64,000 nt of DNA, from positions 129,801 to 193,800 of the forward strand of contig JAAOMT010000097.1 of assembly GCA_016748015.1 (NCBI GenBank). Direction: 5' to 3'. Below the pieces are notes generated by a model that saw only the letters and a list, made by a program, of their open reading frames with translations, was not told the origin of the DNA and did not search any database. The position numbers and the translations under genes are program-made. Origin of the DNA: Geosiphon pyriformis uo1. Lineage: Eukaryota > Fungi > Glomeromycota. This document shows positions 56,104 through 64,000 of this stretch, piece after piece (position 1 is the first letter of the stretch; every line of letters begins with the position of its first letter).

Positions 56104-56700
56104 TCAATGCCAAAATCCAGCTCTTTCGTTAGGCTCTCTGACGGGCCATGTTATCCAATTCCACTTGACTCCTCCACGAATTTTTTTTGGTTTACCCCCA
56201 TCGACAGGCACACCTAAGAAATTAAACGAATAGAAATTTTTGTTTTCTTGAAATTTGGAAAAGTTCCTTTAAGAGATTTTCGCTTACCATTCCAATATTT
56301 TATACCCCATGCTTTTCCGTGGTTTATAGTCTGTTAAGGAATCGGATGATAATATATGCGCAATAACTATAAAATATAGATCAAAGAGGAAGTGAATAGG
56401 ACTAACCTTTTTCTTGAATCTAATTTTTGTTACTTCAATATATTCCCGTCGGAAACCCTTAGCCATCCACTTGGTAGGCAGCTGTATTGATTCAAAGCAA
56501 AAGTTGCGGGTTAAGAATTCTCGACCTCGAGTTACGCTATCAAGTCCACGATTCACAGTAACATTCACACCAACCACTTTTTGTCCGATACCAAAATAAG
56601 GGAAGACATTTAACAATTGATATAAATTTTTACCCCTTTGTGACTCTACAACGACGGGAAGTTCAGAACTGTATATCAATTTCCTTGCTATGCTCGTCAT
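56104..56700 (-). CDS. Mitochondrial ribosomal protein mS34-like (4 exons)
   Basis: GKNLYQLL..P.FGIGQKV..TKW, YIEVTKI, HGKAWGIKYWNG, KIRGGVKWNW. Confidence 0.7.
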
Positions 56701-57164
56701 GAATGACCTTTAATTGAGACCTCACAATTTTCTAAGATAACCTATCCAGGATTTACAATAATTATATACATATTTGCCACTTTATTATTGTAAATACAGA
56801 AAAATTATGGGATGAGGAAATTTTCAAAATAAATACAATAATAAAAAACACAACAAAAATGCCAAAAATATATTTAACAATAAATATATCACTTTATTTA
56901 TTTTTATTTAAGAAAATATTTTAACTATATACGTAATTTAAAATATTTTATTATATATAAAAAATAAGGTTATAATATTTTTTGCTAAATTTGGTTATAA
57001 GTATTAAAATTGGTAAAACACAAAAATTCAAAATCTGAATGCAAACTTTATTTAGAATATTTAATTCAGAATTGAAATTGCCATAAAATTTCTCAATCTG
57101 AATCCAACTTTTAATTTATCAAAAATCCAAACAAACAAATTCTTGGCTTTCCTCAGTTTGAGTC

Positions 57165-58513
57165 ATGGAAGGGAACTATTTCAACCGTATGTGTCCTAAA
57201 ATAACTTATTCCAATAAGATTGATGGTTGAAATAATACTTATTTTTTCTTTTTGGGTGTTTAGCTCCCGCAGAAAATCGCCCCAAATATAGAGCTGGTCG
57301 CAAGCCTACTGCTGTTAAAGTTTACACAATTAACCAGGAGTCTAGGTGTTCACTCAACTTTTCTTACAGTATAGGTTTATAATATGAAATATTTAAATTG
57401 TTCCCTCCATTAGATATTTGGTCGTTGAAAACGTTCCCAGCATTGGCTTAAAAAAAGAGCTTATTGAATTATGTGCACTATATGGAACTGTGGAAGAGTA
57501 AGTGCGTGATTAGCCAAATTATCTTAATTAATACTCAAATATGGTTTTGATTATTCAAGGTATAGACACTTGGATGATTATCCATGCGAAGAATTCACCG
57601 AGGTTTACTGGGTAAAGTTTCAATCTCTGGCTGAATCTAGGTGATATATTTTTCAAATCTTTAATTTTCACAAGTTATACTTTCTACTGGCAAGATTGAT
57701 CTAATATAGTGATCATGGAACCTTTTTGTGTAAGGGTAGCAAAGCGAAAAGTAGACGATCATATATTTTTTAGTTCCCCTCTCAGAGTTCGCTATGCACC
57801 CGAATATGAAACGGTACAAGACACTCGAGATAAGCTGTTTGAAAGACGTCAGGTGGTTGCAATAAAAACTGGAGAACATAAACCTCAACAACTGGGTGAG
57901 TAAAATTCGATTTTGTAGATTTTATCAAAAAGAGATGAGATTTGCTAATTTTCTTATCTAGAAACGAATTCTTCAAGGGGTTCATTCACAACCTATGCCC
58001 CGCCTCTTCCGTTGAGTCTTCCTAGCTCAACCAATTATTCACAATCAAATCTCTCTTTGAATTATTCAACGACTTACATGCCTCCTCAACATTCCACGTA
58101 TACGATATATCAAACGTTAGTGACTTTAATCAAAGAATAGCTATATTTGCTTTTTATTTTCTCATCTGTTCTTATAAATTGAAATATGGCAAATATTCAG
58201 AAAGGAACCTCCAATACCTGGTGTTGGTTATCCTGCAAATTATCCCCCAATGGTCATCCCGGTTGATCAAGACAATATTAATCAGGAAAGTTTTAAAATT
58301 TATTGCAATTTATTACTATAATTTCCCTAATATTTTTACCCTTCTTTTATTTAGCCACCATCATCTGCCATTTCTTTTATTCACGAACAAATAAAAAAAT
58401 CCACATTCAATAGCTCGATTTCACAGGTGGATCAAACTAATTCCGAAAGCACAGTATCCTCCTTAAAAACCACAGATCCTTCAAAACAACCAAAAAAACG
58501 CCGAAGGATCTGA
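57165..58513 (+). CDS. RBM48: RNA-binding protein 48 (minor spliceosome factor)
   Basis: RPKYRAGRKPTAVKVYTINQESRYLVV.NVP, LDDYPCEEFTEVYWVKF, AKRKVDD..F..LRVRYAPEYETVQDTRDKL, C-terminal KKRRRI. Confidence 0.92.
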
Positions 58514-59516
58514 AATTCGTTGTAACTATATTTTGCTATATATTGGTTGATTCACTTTATAGTATTGATACATAATATATTTTGATGATTATGATATCTG
58601 ATATAATTTATACAAGAAATTTAATTATTACAAAAGTTGTAATTGTTGTAAATATTATAAATATTATAAAAACCAATATAAACTTTTTTTAAAATTGATT
58701 TATTTTTAAATTTAAGTTGAACAAATAATTTTTTTCCAAAAATTAAAAATGAATAACTATTTTTATTAATTTAAAAACATTAAAAGTGTGCTAAAACTTT
58801 TAATTACATAATAAATTATTTTAAATAAATTATTAATATAATTTTTATAATTGTTTGTAATTTTAAGTAAATATAAATAAATAAATATATTATATTATTA
58901 AATAATTATTATGTTTTAATTAATAGATAAAATTTGTTAATTTTTTATTTAATGTTTATAATAAAGATTATGAACTTAAAAGTTTTGAATTATTAAAGTT
59001 TTTATTATTTAAAATTTTTAAAATTAAGAAATATGTAATTATTATAATAAAAATAATATATGTTAATTTAATTTATATATATAAATAACATTTATTTTAA
59101 TAAGAAGTAAAAAATTATTTATTTATTTATATTGTAATTTAATTTAATTATAATATTTTATTATATAAATCTATTAAAAAATTTTACACAAATTTAATAA
59201 AGATAAAACCAAAAGTTAAAAAAATTAAAATTTGAAAGGCTTTCAATCCAAACTTGATAAGATAATCTATAGATAAGTTATCGTGAATCGTGAACAGCCA
59301 CTCTGTTTTGTTAAGCTGTTAAACTCCCCCATTTTTAGGATTGATAGACTTGAGAATCGGAAAGTCGTTAAATAAATGATCATGTCGATTTAATTTCCAC
59401 GCGATTTTAATATTTGATCCCGAGTCAAGGAATACGTGTAACGAAATAAAAAAAATCTTTTATAAATTATTTCTTTTCTCTTTAGAATTACAGGCTTAAA
59501 ATTATAAAATAAAAAT

Positions 59517-61086
<1,570 letters not shown>

Positions 61087-61538
61087 TTTAATTAAGCTAG
61101 AAACCACAACATCGGGAATTCTGAGCCTATTATATCATAATTTAAATAACAATCCCTGGTGAAATAAATTATAGTGGACAAAATAGAACAAATTATTTCC
61201 CAATTCACGTTCATTAGGTTAAAGCGGTGGCTTGTCCTGGTGATTTTAATCGGTTTCCTAAATCGATTTCTGATGTGTTAAATACTAGTCTCAATATGAA
61301 AAAAATAATGATGTCGAACAATGCAACTTCCTTTTTCAGTATCAATGTTCACTCAAAATTATTCATTGTCAACATATTTGCCAATCAAAGAAAACAATCA
61401 TACATGAATCTAGCAGAAAACGGTGTTGTTCATTCCATTTCTCAAACGCAAAGTGGTGTTTCAATTACCTACTATAGTCATATCCGCTTTCATTTTTTTA
61501 TTTATTCTCCACCTTCCTTGGGGTGATTTCGTTTCGTC

Positions 61539-62548
61539 ATGTCAAACTTTACTAAAACACCGAGCCCGTTATCAAACAGCAGTCATAACCTGAACAACAG
61601 CTATTACAAAAATAACCACGAGCTTTCACCGAGTAGAAGGCAACCAACGGCCACTGGTTCCTCCTCGTCCGATAAAGTGAACAAGCTCTCCCCAAAATAT
61701 GTTACTATCGCGCTTTTGATTCTTTCGCCAGTTTGTTTTTTGGCCATTGGTGCGCTACAACAAACACAGGTGGTAGATAAGGCACTTTTACCTTTTCTAT
61801 ATAACTATTTTCTAAGAAAGGATATACCATTTTTGATGGCCGGAATCATGTTTCTATGGGCTTATGTCTTGACAGGATCATTTAGTGTAATTGCTCAAGC
61901 AGCTGGTCTGAGAAATGGATATGATAATAATGTGGGTAAAATTGCGAAAGTCAATTCGGTGACTTATATTATTCTTTTGTTAAAATTTATTTTGGTTTTT
62001 ATTTTTAGGAACCCCGATATTATAAGGCTTCAATACGTGGAGCATTCGGAAGAATGATTGGCGCTCATCAAGTGGCCATGGAAGGTGTACCTGGTAAGTT
62101 CTTAAAGAGTGAACCTTTTGGTTTAAGAAGAAAGATCACGCATTGAATGAAATACTGATTAAATTAAATAGCTTTTTTTGCCGCGGTGATTATTGCCCAG
62201 GCTAATAAGGTTCCTTTGGATTATCGTATTAGGTTTGGAAATTTTATTTTATTTTATTTTATTTGCTCCTCAATCTTTGAAATTGTTCATTAATTACAAA
62301 ATTGATGTCAAACTTTGATCAGTTTTTCTCTCATATATACATTACTTCGGATTATTCATACTTTATTATACGTGATGAATTTTGACATTGCTCGTTCCAT
62401 CACCCATATAATGGCTTTATCTTGTATTGCTTGGCTTTTTGCCTTTGCTCTGGTTCCTGGATTTGAGCGAAATTATTATTCTGCAATAATGGATGTTGTC
62501 AGACTGCAAAAAGGGGTATTAGATGGAGGATTTTGGAGTTTTGATTGA
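61539..62548 (+). CDS. MAPEG-family membrane protein with N-terminal extension
   Basis: GYDNNEPR..GRMIGAHQVAMEG..FFAAVI..LRIIHTLLYV..RS. Confidence 0.75.
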
Positions 62549-62885
62549 GATTTGGGTTCCATGCTTGCGAGTCTCTTGATTGAAGTTTGCTATCGGAGAT
62601 GATTAGTTACGTATAATTGGCAGCAAAGGAGAGAATAGGACGGCTCATGTTTACGAAAAAATTCAATGAGGCCTCTAAGTTTGAATGTTGTCCCAGACCA
62701 GCATTATTAACCACACCAATCTTTGGGATATCCTAATAATTTATAATATTTTTTTTTATAACTTTTTCAGTGAGTAAGTAAAATCTTTCAAGATTTTTAG
62801 TTTTTGATGCTGAAGTCAAGGAATAATAACCGGAAAACCTCTTATTAATTAGTATTATTATCCTTTTTGATTTTGAGTATTTTGG

Positions 62886-62922
<37 letters not shown>
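62886..62922. repeat. (GATT)n microsatellite
   Basis: About nine GATT units, direct reading. Confidence 0.9.
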
Positions 62923-64000
62923 TGAGAAAAGCAATATAGCATTATGATCCTCAATATTAAAAATCTACAGAAAAAATCTCTAGCTTAAACGCATTTCAAG
63001 AACAAAATTTCTTTTGAAAGGATTGCTTCTTTCTTTTTCCATTGGGAAGAGAAGGAATTAGATGAGAAGATAAGGTATGGTGATCTTTGGACACTCATTC
63101 AACATGTGACTGTCTCTCTAATCACATTATCTTGATGAATCAAAAATAATAAAGTTTTGAAAGTTTCCACTTGGGGTTGTTGATTTTGGACTCCACGTTA
63201 TCTGAAACAAATTTAGGATGGAGCAAATCGAAAAGATACGAATGATTATTACAACTTTTTTCCGACAACGTAAGAAAAAAGCAAGAAACGATCAAATAGG
63301 GAAAGGATATCGATCAAATATGATCCCAACTTTTTCTCATGGTGCGAGAGGTTTTTTTTGGTTTAATTAAATTGTGATTAAGATTTTTTCTAAAGTTAAT
63401 TGTGTTTTTTTTTTATGTAAGATATAATGGCAGTCGCCATGGGCATTCGGTAAGGAATAAATTGAAATTGTTTGATGGGGCTATAAAAAATGGGAATATT
63501 TTATTTATTTATTTATTTATTGTTGATTTTCATTCAAATCTTGAAAAGCAAATATTTAAATTTTTTTTTAAAGCAAAGATTTAAATTTTGAATGATATAA
63601 TTTCAGTCTCATCACCACGAGCGAAAAATTTATTTTAAAAATTGATATTAATGAAATTTTCCAAAATATTTTTTGATAACAACCGAGCAAAAAAAAAATT
63701 TTCACGTTCTCTATTTAACCTAACCTTTTTTTTTTTTTTTTTAAAAAAAAATAAAATAAAAAAATAAAAATTTAATACAGAGTTTCCACACTTGTGGATC
63801 TCACGTTCTTGTCATTGGAAGATACCATCACGTTGTTGAATTCACTAGAGAGTGTAATTTTTATAAAGTTTTTTATTTCTCAATTCTCATCGTTTATGTG
63901 TGGGGAAAAAAATTATCTTTTAATGGGACTCGATTAAATAAACCAGAGTTTTTTTTTTTGTTTTTTGTTTTTATTTAGATATTCAAAAAAAAAAAAAAAA

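Noticed and set aside
63716-63730. TAACC repeats as telomere sequence
   Set aside because: Only two imperfect units.

Overview
AT-rich, intron-dense eukaryotic DNA, almost certainly fungal and most consistent with Glomeromycotina/Mucoromycota (intronless MATA-type HMG gene, minor-spliceosome factor RBM48, ERG6, dispersed 5S rRNA). Gene islands are separated by blocks almost devoid of C and G. Recognisable genes: importin-7/NMD5-like, Alb1/Ecm1-like, TGL3-like patatin, HMG-box factor, cytochrome b561, ICMT/PEMT-like methyltransferase, RAE1, RUD3-like golgin, ERG6, MCT1, endosulfine/IGO1, UCH37-like deubiquitinase, V-ATPase A, DPM3, mS34-like, RBM48, CBR1 and a MAPEG protein. Mobile DNA: a near full-length but nonsense-riddled LINE (APE-RT-RNase H) plus a truncated sister copy, a Tc1 relic, and a decayed IS607-like element. 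That element carries a serine-recombinase TnpA and a TnpB/Fanzor2 whose N-terminus appears overprinted on TnpA, and it lies directly upstream of the V-ATPase A start codon. Other highlights: an orphan gene whose spliced product carries TopoVIB-transducer motifs (candidate TOPOVIBL/Rec102 meiotic Spo11 partner), U12-type introns, a candidate GA-AG intron and CUG start in RAE1, and 1-9 nt microexons. Gene models were spliced by eye, and family calls rest on remembered motifs rather than database searches.
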